Source of the DNA: the human T2T-CHM13v2.0 reference genome, Homo sapiens
DNA length: 64,000 nucleotides
Reading direction: 5' to 3' (one strand)
NCBI RefSeq assembly: GCF_009914755.1
Contig: NC_060929.1
Made by a program: the position numbers and the translations under genes. The notes beneath the pieces are model-generated. The model was not told the origin of the DNA, ran no database searches, and saw nothing but the letters and a program-made list of their open reading frames with translations. This document shows positions 16,912 to 32,147 of the stretch, piece after piece (position 1 is the first letter of the stretch; each line of letters begins with the position of its first letter).

Positions 16912-18140
16912 CCAAATGAGAAAGTTTAATGCTGATCATTTGTACAATGGCTGGGGCACATTTATGGGCAGTAGAAATTCATTTAAAGAACTTCTTATAG
17001 GGGCTTAACAAGGAGAGTGGAAGATATTCTCAGTGTCAAATATTTTGGACTCTATGAGGGTCAAGACTGTGGGAGGTGGTTTGTTTGTTTGTTTGTTTCT
17101 GCGTCTTTATCCAATTTTTATATGTTCTTTATATGTCTCAAAGGCCTATTTCATTATCCTCCTTTGATTCTGATTGAGTCACTTGCATGCTCAGACTTCA
17201 GTTCTGCATGACTGAACAAATTCTTGGCATGAACTTTACTTTTTCATCCTCGTACTAAAAGCATGGGTAATATTGATAATTTTAATTGTTTTTCATATTT
17301 CTTTCAGTAGTGAGTTTGCACAGCTCCCAAATTTCCATTTGTGTTGACAGCTCTCAAAATAGCTTCCTTATTTTAAATGAATTCATTATTATATTTTATT
17401 TGGGGAAATTAAGTCAATGCAGTGCAAAGTTATTAGCAGGCTTCCAGTACACTGTTTCATTTCATTGCTCATCTGAACTTCAAATCCTAGGTAGCTTACT
17501 GCATCCCAAACTTGAGCCTTCAGTATCCAAAGGGTCAGTCCAAGGGTCTCAAAGAAACTTGTTCCTATTAATTGCTCGTCGAAGAGTGGGTCAGAGGTCT
17601 GGTTCAAAATTGAAACTCATAATAGCATCTAAGGGAGTGAATTCATTCTAGGGTCCTTGCAGGAACTCTAAGCCATGCCAGAAGATCCTAGTGCGTATAA
17701 ATTCTACCAACCCTTAACCAGCACTCACTCCTAAGAACTTTGGAGTATGAGGAAGAAGTAAGGGGTGGGTCTTAGAACTAATGTGCTGCCCTTCCAGTAT
17801 ACTAGCAAAGGATAAAACTTCAGCTTCCAAATTGGAAAAAGAATGTGTGAGCTGACTCTGTTTTTTAAACTCAGGACCAAACCTTGGTCCTCTCTTTGGA
17901 CCCTGTAGACTCTGAATTGATGGATTTAGAAAGATAATTGGGTGATTCTTTTCTACATCATTTCCAGAAAGCTACTAACCTTGCTTCAGAAAAATGTGTT
18001 CAAAATGCATCTTAAATTGCATCTTCTTGTTGACTTTGTCTCTAACCAAAGTAAATGTACCATAATGATCATGTTTAGCATGATGATAAAGTTAATAAGA
18101 ATAATAATCATGTGAATGATTTCCATGAAAACTCTGTTAA

Positions 18141-18461
<321 letters not shown>

Positions 18462-18649
18462 TAATCAGTTTTTAAAATATAGTGGAAACAGAAAAGTTTA
18501 AAAATAAACATGGCAGACTCTTTAAGTAAACTCATAGCTGGAAAGTTAGGAAAGAATTTTTCATAACCATGGAGATGCTGTGTAACAAGTTTCTATATGG
18601 CAACACTGTATAGAGCTGATGTAGTCAAATTGCTCTAACAAGGAGGTGA

Positions 18650-18835
18650 AGAGCAGTGATATGTCAAACAGACCTTGAATCAGACCCTGTTTTGACACTT
18701 AACTAGCTGAGTGGCCTTAAACTTTCTTAGCCTCAGTTTCTTCATATTCAAAATGGAGATAATAATGGTATTTATCTCATAGACTTTGGGGACTATTAAA
18801 TGACTTATTGTGTGTAAAATGTACACACATTTTAT
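18650..18835 (+). mobile_element. MIR
   Basis: cacttaactagctgagtggcctt...gcctcagtttc...aaaatggagataataat. Confidence 0.75.
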
Positions 18836-18893
18836 GTTTAAAAACTCAGCCCCTCTATGTGAAAAAAATGCATATATATATAAAAAAAAATGA

Positions 18894-19211
<318 letters not shown>

Positions 19212-19415
19212 GTATCAACTTTGTAGGCTTGTGGGAAAAAAAAGAAAAAAGAAAAACTCAGCCCCTCAATAAATATTAATTTATATTTTTTACTCCTACA
19301 TACCAAGCAAGTAATAATGTGTTTTGGATGCTGGTCTAAAGAACATAAGTGAAGCATGGCAAGATCATGGTCCATAAGAAGTTTCATTTAATTCTAGGGA
19401 TCATCTGTAGTAAAA

Positions 19416-19418
<3 letters not shown>

Positions 19419-19464
<46 letters not shown>
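19419..19464. repeat. Compound (CA)16(TA)7 microsatellite
   Basis: Directly visible. Confidence 0.95.
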
Positions 19465-19468
19465 CACA

Positions 19469-19765
19469 TTTTTTTTTCTTTTTTTGAGGCTAAGTTTCAC
19501 TATGTTGCCCAGTCTGGAGTTCAGTGGCCGATCTCAGCTCACTGCAAGCTCCGCCTCCCGGGTTTACGCCATTCTCCTGTCTCAGCCTCCCAAGTAGCTG
19601 GGACTACAGGCGCCTGCCACTGCGCCAGGCTAATTTTTTGTATTTTTAGTAGAGACGGGGTTTCACCCTGTTAGCCAGGATGGTCTCGATCTCCCGACCT
19701 AGTGATCCGCCCGCCTTGGCCACCCAAAGTGCTGGGATTATAGGTGTGAGCCACTGCGCCCAGCC
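19469..19765 (-). mobile_element. AluY-like
   Basis: gcaagctccgcc, acgccattctcc, ttagccaggatgg diagnostics. Confidence 0.9.
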
Positions 19766-19794
19766 CATCCGTAGTAATACTTTTAACTTCTTTA

Positions 19795-19980
19795 TGTAGT
19801 TTTTAAATTGTGGTATCATATGCATAATACACATTATTATTTTAACCATTATAAATTGTACAATTCAATGGCATTAAGTACATTGACAAGGTTGTGAAAC
19901 AATCAATCACTATGCATTTCTAGAACTTTTTCATCATCCCGAACAGAAACTACACCCATGAAACAGCAATTCCACTTTTG
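19795..19980 (-). mobile_element. L1MB-like 3' end fragment
   Basis: aattgtggta...ttttaaccatt...tgtacaattcaatggcattaagtacatt...agaactttttcatcatccc. Confidence 0.7.
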
Positions 19981-20160
19981 AGTGGTTATTTTAAAATGAA
20001 TATTTTATCTTTTTATGTAAGGGAAAGAAAACTACCTTTTTAGCATTATTTGAGTATATTATCATATAGAAAATGAGAAAATAGAGATAAAAACGAATGA
20101 AAATGAAATCACTTTAAATTTCACTCTCCATAAATAAGTAGCTTCAATATTTTGTGATAT

Positions 20161-20395
20161 GTTGGAGCTAAGCTATGAGAATGCAAAGGTATAAGAATGA
20201 TACAATGGACACTGAGGACTCGGGGGAAAGGGTGAGAGGAGGGAGAGGGATAAAAGACTACAAATAGGGGACAGTGTATACTGCTCGGGTGATGGGTGCA
20301 AGAAAATATCAGAAATCACTACTAAAAAACTTATTCATGTAACCAAACACCACCTGTTCCCCCAAAACCTATGGAAATAAAAATAAATAAATAAA
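20161..20395 (+). mobile_element. L1PB1-like 5'-truncated 3' end
   Basis: gagctaagctatgag...aagaatgatacaatggac...tactgctcgggtgatgggtgca...aaccaaacaccacctgttccccc. Confidence 0.85.
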
Positions 20396-21267
20396 GTCTT
20401 GTGGAAAAAAAAAAGAATGAGATTGGAGGTGTGGAGCTGAAACCAGAGATATCGTACCAAATGTATTAAGCCTTAGCCAACTCAATGAAAGCTTGCCAAC
20501 CTCACAAACCTAAATTGATATGAAATACTGACTTGAATAAATTATTCCAATGCCCTGGAAAAAAATTTTTGTGATCTAGCTGTCACTAGTTTTCCTCTTG
20601 CAAACATCTATATATGTAAAATGAAATCCTATTATGAATTCTACTTTCTAACCATTTAAAAAATCTTTTAACTAGATAAGCACATTTTAGTAGATGTGGT
20701 AGGTAAATAACCATGAGGAAGAGAGGCAGAGAACTACTTCTCCATTTTAAAAAGACTTTGATGAGGAAGCAGTGAGGGGATAAAAACCAAAATGACCTGT
20801 TTTCATGAAGACCACTTCATCAGAAGACTAATTCTTCCTCAATCTACAACTGTCATGATCCTAAAAATTACTGTAGCAATTTGGCGTAAAGCCTAATTGT
20901 CATCCCTCGTGGTGTCTCAAAATGAACATAAATGAATGAAAAATCTTTAAAAAATATAACACAAAACAAAACTAATAGAAATGACTCCCTAAAGGGAGGG
21001 AACAGGATAACGGAAGAAGGAATGAAATGAGTTTATCTTATTATTATCTATCTTATTATATAGTTATATATATATAACATATATATATATAGTCAGAGAT
21101 ATATTATAAGATGGTGGAGACAGAAGTAAGCCATGATCACATCACTGCACTGCAGCCTCGGCAACAGAGGGAGACCCTGTTTCTAAATAAGTAAATAAAT
21201 ACAATTTTATTTTACATATAAAACATTTATGTAATTTATATGGCCAAACTATATAATATATATATTA

Positions 21268-21672
21268 TGGCTGGAGCTGAACAGTTAGGGGGAAGGGAGG
21301 GTGGGGCAGCTGGGGGCTGGCCAGGGAGCTCTCTCTCTTTGTCTCTCATTTCCTGTATGTAATCACAGGGCCTCTCCAAGTGGTCTTTCCATGTGGGCTA
21401 GTTTGGCCTTTCCCATACATGGCACCTTCAGGGCAGTCAGAATGCTCACTTAGCAGCTGATGTCTTCGAGAGCAAGTATTCCAGTGAACAAGGTGGAGGC
21501 TGCATTGCCTTTTATGCCCTCACCTGGGAAGTCACACCATATTATTTCCTCTGTACTCTATTGGTTGAAACAGAATTAAAAAACAGCCCATTTTCAAGGA
21601 GAGGGTTCATAGATTGCACCTCTCGGTGACAGTAATGTCAAAGAATTTGTGGACATATTTTTAAACTGCCAG
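21268..21672 (-). mobile_element. MaLR LTR fragment (MLT1H-like)
   Basis: gaacaaggtggaggctgcattgccttttatg...ggaagtcaca...tgtcaaagaatttgtggacatattt. Confidence 0.75.
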
Positions 21673-22166
21673 CCATAGCATCCTTAAAAACCTCACAACA
21701 GTACCCAACTCAAAAGGCCACAAAAGAATGGACAGTCTACATATCACGGTTACTCACAAGTAGGGACTTTGCTGATTCCCAGGCCCATGGAACAACCAAT
21801 TCCTCTTAGAATTGCATATACCTTATAGATTTATGCAAAACATCATAACTTGGTATCTTTTAAATTACTTTATGACTTATCACATGTGAAACGCCCAGCC
21901 TAGTACTGGGTCCATAATAGACACTCTGTAAATATCGATGATAGCTGACACTTGTTTGAATTCCTCAGAAGATTTTACTGATTGAGCACACTATTAATAA
22001 GTAGTAGTTTGTGTGATCTCATGATTCTCTGAAAGACTTGACGGAGTTACAGTTTGAAAGAAGAATGGACCTCTAGAAAACTAAAATTCAGTATAAAATG
22101 TTGCAGTTGGCTGATGTTTAGTGATAACAAAGAGTGGGTAGGCCAGAAAAGTGCCATTTCTCTCTC

Positions 22167-22424
22167 TTTTTTTATTTTTCCGAGACAGGATCTCACTCTG
22201 TCACTCAAATGGGAGTGCAGTGGTGTGATCATGGCTTACTGGAACCTTGAACTCCTGGGCTAAAGCAATCCTCCCACCTTAGGCTCCAGAGTAACTGGGA
22301 CTACAGGTGCATGCTGCCATACCTGGCTAATTTTAAAAAATTTTTTTGTAGAGATAGGATCTCGCTATGTTGACTATGCTGGTGTTGAACTCCTGCCCTC
22401 AAGCGATCCTCCTTCCTCAGCCTC
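22167..22424 (-). mobile_element. AluJ-like, 5'-truncated
   Basis: Reverse-complement Alu. Confidence 0.85.
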
Positions 22425-24477
22425 TATTTTTACTTTCTATCAGCTTTCTTCTTCCACAGATTGCCTTCTGAAAAACTCTCCTGAGCAACAGAAAAAAAGG
22501 AGCATCTCCCTTATGTGAAGTATCAATGTATCATGCCAAAGCTTTTTAAAGGATACTAATGATGGTTAGAATCCAATCTGTTTAAAAATATTTCTGAATA
22601 TTAAGCAAAACATATACCAGATTTTTGAATCTGGAGTATTCCTTTGGCTTATAAGAAACCTTAGATTTTCTGTTAAGTCTGAAATGTCAAAAATGACCTT
22701 AAGTTATGGTGTTAGATACAGTAATTCATTTTGTAATGTAAATTAGTGTGTAATTTCCCAAACTGACAGAAATGTTAGATAATACCTATAGCTATGCAAA
22801 GAAAGAAAATCTAATATTATACTAAAGTAGAAGTTCCCTTAAAATTACAAGTCACATAAACAATGAGTAATTATAAATTATGAGTATTTATTTATTAAAA
22901 TACTCAATTGTAATTGATGCTACTATATTACCCAATAAAATTACAACATAGTGTTCCAACTCTTCACTAATGTAGATTGCCAACAATTACATAAATTTCA
23001 GTGCTTTTACTTTTCCTATTTAGCGACTTTTATTTACCTCAGAATACTTGTGGAATTGATATCTAGCTCCACGTATCTTGATCTAAGAAGCTCAAGAACT
23101 CTGTGTACCCAATCAGTCAATTATGATGTATCATAGGGCACAAAATTTCAGAGGTTCAAAGGCTGTTGACTGAATTCAACTGTGCTTTTTACATCACACA
23201 TACCAAAAAATCTCAAAAATTGCAAACAGATGACTCTAGAATTATATGAAAGTCTCTTCACATTCTCTGCAAAATGACCTTCTAAATCATGTCCTATAAG
23301 AAAAATGTTTTTTTGTTGATGGAATTTTATTAAAATTAATAATAGGCCTGAAAAAAAGAGAAGTACTACATATACTTTATTACATTCTTTGTGGAATATG
23401 TTCTGGAAAAATAGAAGGCACTACAGAAATAATTTAACTGAGGAAGAAGTTCTACTCTGCACAAAACTCCCATTGATGTCAGTGGGAGTTCTGTGAATGG
23501 AACAAATGTTGAACTTGACCCTGCAATGTTTAAACTGCAATCCTCCCTGCTCTTGGCTTAGCCTGGCTTTCCACTGAAAGGCGTTGTGGTCCGTGCAGGG
23601 ATTACACAGCAGGTTAATAGTCTGGTTTTTCACTTCTTCTGGAGCAACAGATGAAACACATAATACCTTCTTTTAGGGCTATTACATACTTTTAAACACA
23701 AAAGACTTTAAATGAGGTAGCGTGAGAAAGTAAAAGGTAGAATCTGTGAATGGAAACTTCTGTTGGGAATTATTTTTAAACTATCTTCTCCACTAGTGCC
23801 TGAGAACCATCAATGAGTCCTATTTACATTAAAGGAAAAGGGAAGAATACCAAGATCTTAGAGACCACTTAGTATATCGGTATTGAAAATCATCACTGAG
23901 TGAGCCATGTTCACTCTGTTTTTGTTATATTCCATTACACACGTATAAGGAATGGTTACCAGCAAGATCCCAATACAATTGTTTTTTGGTAAAATAAGAC
24001 GGTATGATTATAAATAAAGTTAAGAAAAAAACACATGTTTTTACCACAAGGTAAGCTACTGAAGAACCAAACTAGAGTGACTCATTTTTCACTCGATCTC
24101 ACAAAAAAAGATGTGACTCTAGTTATGGATCTAGCATAATCACATATTGCTGCTACCCAAAAGTATTATGTTCTGGAGCAAGGGCCTTGAAATCACCTAG
24201 TCTATATAGTTATACTCAGGCACTTGAATAACAACATAATCAGGGTCTTATTTTTAGCTGTTGGTATTCAGTGGAATTATTTGTCCTCCTTTGTATACTT
24301 TGTAAATCCTTTATTTTCTATAACACATACATATTGCCCTTATGGAGAGGAAAAAATAAAAGAAAGGGATCAGCTTTTGTTTGAAAGGAGCAGAAGAAGA
24401 GGAAGATGAAAAAACAGGAAGTATTTCAAGTTGAAATTAAAACTTTTTGTTTTTATTTGACAGAAGATTGTGGATTT

Positions 24478-24507
24478 AAAACAAAACAAAACAAAACAAA
24501 ACAAAAC
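24478..24507. repeat. (AAAAC)6 pentanucleotide repeat
   Basis: Directly visible. Confidence 0.9.
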
Positions 24508-25301
24508 CCAATGATTAGAAGTGAAAATGTTGGCTTATACATGGTGTGGGAAATCTACTGTTGCAGGCATTAAAAGTAGTTACAGGTTTACATATAGTTT
24601 ATGGTTGGCATTTATGCTCTGGTCTTTCAGGTTGCTGGGTTCAGATTCCAGCTCTCCAACTTCCGAGCTACATAGTCTTGTACAGGCAGGTTATCTATTA
24701 ACCAGCATCCTAATTTATTATTCTGATAGGAATGTATTGAAGAGGAGGAGGGAATGGAGGAAGGCTTGGGAGAAGTTTACAGAGGCTGAGCTGTGTTGCT
24801 TGGATCAGCTGTAGAAGCTTGGGCTTTCAGGCGTCAGATGCTTGCTTGCACAGCTAGCTGAGAAGGACACTTTGTGAGCCATGAGCTTCAGGGTCTCAGA
24901 GCAGTTTCAGAGTGGCCTTCTGTTTCATTAATTCTCTACCCAGGAGGCTCCTGGTGCTGCAGGATCCTCTTTCCAGGGGAAATCAGACTCACTTAGGAAC
25001 TGAATGACTTCTAGCAGTTCTCTTTCTTTTTAACTAATTCAGAACTTGTTACTGTTTTATTATTTTTTATATTATAGATTTACAAGTTTTAAATCAATAC
25101 GTCTTTTAATGTTAATGCCATTCATCTTTAAATATTTATCGAAAAATTTTCTTATGTATACATTTTACTGAAATCCATTTCATGTTCTGGCTTTTATGAA
25201 AGTTTAACCCTAAATCTTTTTTTTTCCTCTACTTGCTCTTTTTCACAATTTTAACTCTCACATCTCTCATCTCGTTTTCTACAAACATTTTAATCTTTTA
25301 A

Positions 25302-25676
<375 letters not shown>

Positions 25677-25690
25677 TAAAAATTTATGTT

Positions 25691-25993
<303 letters not shown>

Positions 25994-27164
25994 TTATGTT
26001 GAGCCTAGTTTTTTCCCTTCTTCTACCTGAGCCCGTATTTTTTCCCTATTACTTGTCTTTATAATAGCTGGCAGGAAGTAAATTCAAGGAAGTGTGAAGA
26101 GCGGATAAAGTCCATATTATAAATAGAGGCAGAAAGAGAAAGACTTTCTTCCTCTCTCTCCCTGACTCCTGCAGCTGTTCCTGCACTGGCCTCCTTAGAT
26201 CCTTCCATAGGATTCTTTAGTCCAAATAGAACTTTAATCCATTTAACCTAGGAGAATTTGAGAGTTAATTCCCTTCAGGGCCTTAAATCCATTACACAAA
26301 CAGCACTTTTGATTTGCCAGAACAATTTGCTGCCATCTCACACTGTTCAGCCCTTATTTTAAAATCCATGGTTTCCAAAGTATATAATTATTGGAATTGG
26401 GCAAAGTATGTAATTATTGGAATTTGGGAAAACTATGGCAAATACATACCCAGAAGCCTGGTGGTCTGTCTAGAGGAATATGATCAAGGAGGGGTTCACT
26501 AGGATATGCCCAGGTCTGACCCTTTTGAGATGGTGCTTCCTCAAATATTCCATGCTTCCTCAAAAAGTTCCATGAACTTCCCTACTGACATTCATGGAGA
26601 GTGGCACCAGAAAGACTCTTGTCTAGTTTCAGGGACCATGTTTAAACTGGTTTAATTCCAACCCACGATCATCAGATTAGTTCACTTCCCTTTCTGTTCA
26701 GGTCATGGGAGCACCCTTTAATTATAGTCCAGTGGAGTTCTCTTTGCTTGAGAGAACTGGAAAACAATCACTGCCCCAAATACAATAATAACAGCCGAAG
26801 CTGGCTAGAGTTTCATTATCATTTCATTTCAAATGGGGTTATTCCTCACCTAGGTTTTTAAAGCCCCTACATGTTTTCAAATATTGATTGGCTCTTTATA
26901 TATGTATTTTTGTAAACTTTTAAAATGTCTTTTGTAAATGGTTTAATTGGATTGTCCAGTTGGATTTTGTAAATAGTTCAACTGGATTGTTATTTCCTCC
27001 CAGACCTATAAGAGCTCTTTGTATATATGGATATTAAATTGTTTCTTATATTTTTTCTAATGTTTTAACTTTGTTTGGTGTCTTTTGCCAACAAGAGTTT
27101 TCAACATAGTTCTGTCAAACTTTTCTTTGGTGGCTTCTGGGTTGTTCCGTGTTTGGATTGCTAT

Positions 27165-27340
27165 GTGGTAGCAATGTGGCATGGTTGAACATATACTGAG
27201 GTGAGAGGGAACTGAGTTCTAATTATGGTTTTGCCACTAACCAGTAGAGTGACTTTGGGCAAGTCTTCAAACCTGTGTTCGCTCAGCTATAAAATGCAGT
27301 TGAAGCAGAAACAGGATGACCTCTGAGGTTTCTTCCTGCT
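27165..27340 (+). mobile_element. MIR (MIR3/MIRc-like)
   Basis: ctgagttctaat...tgccactaacc...gtgactttgggcaagtc...gatgacctctgaggtttcttcc. Confidence 0.65.
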
Positions 27341-27810
27341 TATTCTTCCACTACTGAACATTCTCAGATTCTAGAGTTTTAAAAGCTTATTTTCTTTAAG
27401 TAGGCCAATTATTCTCCCTGAAACGAACACTTCTTATTTGCCTAGTGACATTTTCATAGTGTAAAATCTAGCTAGTGTCAGAATTATCTAAATTTCTGAA
27501 TTTTTGGCATCTGGATTAATAATAAATTTTTATATAAGATTTGGTGAGTTTATGCTTGTTTTCTCTTATGGGTTACAGCATAGGCTTTATAGAGAATAGA
27601 TATTGCATTTAATATGTAATCTAAAATATGTATATTACGGAGCAACTAAGTCAATAGATATTTAATATGGCTTATATTTTATTGATGATAATGAATTGCA
27701 GTCCTCTTGATACAAAAAAAAAGGATAGCTTTTATTTGTGTAGTGTTGATAGTGTGCTTTCATGTTCATCATCTTGTTTGGTGCCCACAATAATCCTATG
27801 AGAAAGATTA

Positions 27811-28130
<320 letters not shown>

Positions 28131-28220
28131 CTATTTTATAAATCATGAAGCATTACACAAGAGATTAAATGATTTATCCAAAGTCACCAGCTAGTAAATG
28201 CTAATGTCAGTGCCCATACC

Positions 28221-28386
28221 TTTTTCTTTCTTTCCTTCCTTCTTTCTTTCTCTCTTTCTTTCTTTCCTTCCTTCCTTTCTTTCTTTCTCTTTCTTTCCTT
28301 TCTTTTTTCTTTCCTTCTCTCTTTCTTTCTTTCTATCTCTCTCTCTCTTTCTTTTTTTGAGACGGAGTTTCACTCTTGTTGCCCAG
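28221..28386 (-). repeat. (TTTC)n-type low-complexity tract attached to a ~28-bp Alu 3' stub
   Basis: Pyrimidine tract 28221-28358, then gagacggagtttcactcttgttgcccag. Confidence 0.85.
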
Positions 28387-28681
28387 TGGTCAGATATAGG
28401 TAAATTAAATAAAATATCAAGAATAAAAAGTATTTCTATTAATAGCTTGGTATGCTACATACCAGGAGATATGAAAGATATACTACATATAGTTTTGTAT
28501 AAGAAAACAAAAAGCCTCAGAGGGAATTTCAAGAAGTAGAAAGAAACATCCATCTTAGAGAAAAACTAGGAGAACAAAAGAATTGAAAATAAGTTAGAAT
28601 TGGAAAACCATCCATCTTAGAGAACCATTCATCTTAGAGTAAAACTAAAAGAACAAGAGAATTGAAAGTAATTAAAAACTA

Positions 28682-28852
<171 letters not shown>

Positions 28853-29138
28853 CTAGAGAAAAACAGAAGGGAGAGGAAATATTTAAAAATATGTTATAAT
28901 TTAGATCAGCATTTTTGAAGGAAATTGACAGCATTTATAGTCACTTCCCAGAAAATAAATTTCATCCCAAGGGAATAAAGTATGTGTGCCAAAGTATATT
29001 CAGAATTATTTTAGAAAACTCAATGGAAAAACATCATTTTCCAATACTGATTAAATCAGACGTAGGTGAGATTTGTCCAGTAGTCTGCTTATGATACAGT
29101 AGTTTTTGACAATACAGAGAGAATTTACTCTGACTTTA

Positions 29139-29439
29139 TTTTTTATTTTTTAATTTTTTTGAGACGGAGTCTCCCTCTGTCGCCCAGGCTGGAGTGCAGT
29201 GGCGCGATCTCAGCTCACTGCAAGCTCCTCCTCCCAGGTTCACCCCATTCTCTGCCTCAGCCTCCCGAGTAGCTGAGACTACAGGTGCCCGCTACCACGC
29301 CCGGCTAATTTTTTTGTATTTTTAGTAGAGACGGGGTTTCACCGTGTTAGCCAGGATGGTCTCGATGTCCTGATTGTGATCCACCCGCCTCGGCCTCCCA
29401 AAGAGCTGAGATTACAGGCGTGAGCCACCGTGCCTGGCC
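29139..29439 (-). mobile_element. AluY
   Basis: Y diagnostics; TSD TACTCTGACTTTA at 29126-29138 and 29440-29452. Confidence 0.93.
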
Positions 29440-29914
29440 TACTCTGACTTTAAAATAGGAATGATGTGATACTTAACTAGTAAATAAAGTTTCTATGTAA
29501 CATAGTTGGCATTTTTGAACAGGGCATTTAAGCATCTTACTACACCTCGAATTATGTTTAATTCCAATTTATTGGCTATTTTCATGGCATTTTTTATGCT
29601 AAACAGTTTTCTAAAATAAAATATTATAGAAAAATGTAAATTTATTAAGTGTGGGAATAAGTGAGGAAAAGAGCAATTTCATTACCTAAAGAAAGATAGT
29701 ATTAAGTGAAAACATGCATTGAAGGGCAATAAGCAGTCTAACAGAAGTCTAAGTAGAAGTCTAAATAAACTTCTTTTGTTGATTTAATACTGCTCTGATT
29801 TGGAAAGAGGTATGCATATTGTAATATGATAGAAATAGATTATGATTCATACTAGGGAGGACTGGAGAGGAGAAGTGGATCAGAAGAAGGCACAAAGTTG
29901 AAAATTATTAGTTT

Positions 29915-30360
<446 letters not shown>

Positions 30361-30414
30361 AAATAATGGAAATAGTGGAAGCATAGTACATATTATTGGT
30401 GCCTTTACTACGAT

Positions 30415-30574
30415 TGGTCCAGTAGTACACTAGTCCCAGTAACTCAGGAAGCTGAGGTGGCACAATCGCTGGAGCCCAGGGGTTCTAGGCCACAGTGTGC
30501 TATGACTGTGCCTGTGAAGAGCCACTGTAGTTCAGCTTGGAGCAACATAGTGAGACCCTTGTCTCTAAAAAAAG
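30415..30574 (+). mobile_element. Monomeric Alu (FAM-like)
   Basis: tagtcccag...gcctgtgaagagccactg...caacatagtgagaccc. Confidence 0.7.
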
Positions 30575-30584
30575 AGTGCACTAC

Positions 30585-30810
30585 TAGTAATAGCTAATAC
30601 TTTTGAGTCTGCCAAGCACTGTGATACTGCGTTAAATACTTTATGAGCATTGTCCCATTTAGTTTTCCTAATAATCTGTAAGGCAGTATTATAATCTCCT
30701 TTCTAGAGAAGAGGATGCTCAAGTATATGTTTATAGGTGTTCAGGAACTTGCTCAAGGTCACTCAAGTAGCCAAGTTTCTAATTCAAGCAGTCTTGTTTC
30801 AGAAGCCACA
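30585..30810 (-). mobile_element. MIR
   Basis: taatagctaa...tgccaagcactgtg...aacttgctcaaggtcac. Confidence 0.65.
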
Positions 30811-32147
30811 CAAATAATCATAATGCATTATTTATTTCTCTCCCCATATTTAAAAACTTCATAAGACATCTGAAAGAAATTCAGCTTTGATAGTTTACAA
30901 AATATATAGCATAGAAAAAAAGATTATTAAGCATATACAAGAGGAAAAAAAATCAGTTTTCCAAAAGCTTTTCACAAATAGAGGCAGACTTTCCATGCGA
31001 TGCATAAAATATTTTAAAAAATATGCTTGAAATGTCGAAACATGTTATGGGAGAGGTGATTCCATTCTCAAAGTATTACAGAATCCATAATATTGGTTCT
31101 TGCATGTACAGCCTCTTTTGAGCCAAAGAACTTCTTTCCTGCATACTTGCCACCCTAACCTCCTGGCCTCTCTATCAAGAGTCTAAGATGGAAGTAAAAA
31201 GGGGGAAGTCAAATCCCTATTAAAAATACATGTTATAGTGCATTTTGATCTAATTGAACCAATGTTTCTAGACTTCATTCAAATCTAACCCTATTCTAGC
31301 CTGAAGATTCACTTTTCCCAAACACTACTCTACTAAAAACTGGTTTTAGGTAACCAGTTCTTTACTAGGGGTCTGGTAAAGGAGAAAAGAAGAATTATCA
31401 TCCCAAACTTGTCCTTGCCCTCTATTTTTGTCTCCTCAATGCTCCTGTGCAGGTGCTTGGCTGGTATGGGGAAGTGACAGGGGTATCCTTTTTAAAAGTG
31501 GATGAGCTCTCCCTTAGAGCAGTTTTTCCCCCCGATGGATGCTGTGTACTTTCCTTGGAATGCTTAAGGCCCTAAGCTTTCCTTCAGTTGAAATAGCTTA
31601 TCTCTAGCAGACAGTAATTCCTTTCCTGAGCCCAGCCATTGGGAAGGGGAATCCCAAAGAAAAGATTTTCTGCCTTTCACAGAGAATCATTCAGAGAATC
31701 ACAACAGGGAACTTGAAGCTATACTATCAATAAACATTAGTTAACTTACTCTCTAAGGTGGTCTTGGAATTCAGTTAATTGTTGCAGACTCACAGGCAGC
31801 CTTGTTTAAGGTGGGGTTTTAGTTCTTCTTTAATCATAACTGAAAAGTTAAGTCCATCTTAGTGTAACGTCCTGCGGGAGGATTTTCAAAGGAAACTAAT
31901 CTGTAAAGCATAGAATGAGAGTACCTTGTAGAATAAATGGAAGATTTGGCTCTGTGTGTGCTGCTTATATGAAACAAAATTAAATACTCAGTGATTAATA
32001 ACAAAGATGAATTGTTGTTTGTGATTGCTGAACACTCTGATCATATACCTGCCATTTCACCCTTCTGTATGCACACAGATGCAGAATTCCAGAGAAAATA
32101 CTTTTTAAACAGATTATTAAGGAAATATTTGACAAAATAGGTAACTA

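Noticed and set aside
19226-20417. Similar CTTGTGG(G)AAAAAAAA strings at ~19228 and ~20398
   Set aside because: Only 7 informative bases next to poly-A; compatible with chance.
29735-29765. Triple AGTCTAA motif (likewise TGATTAGAT x3 at ~44367-44404)
   Set aside because: Short slippage-type micro-duplications with no sign of function.
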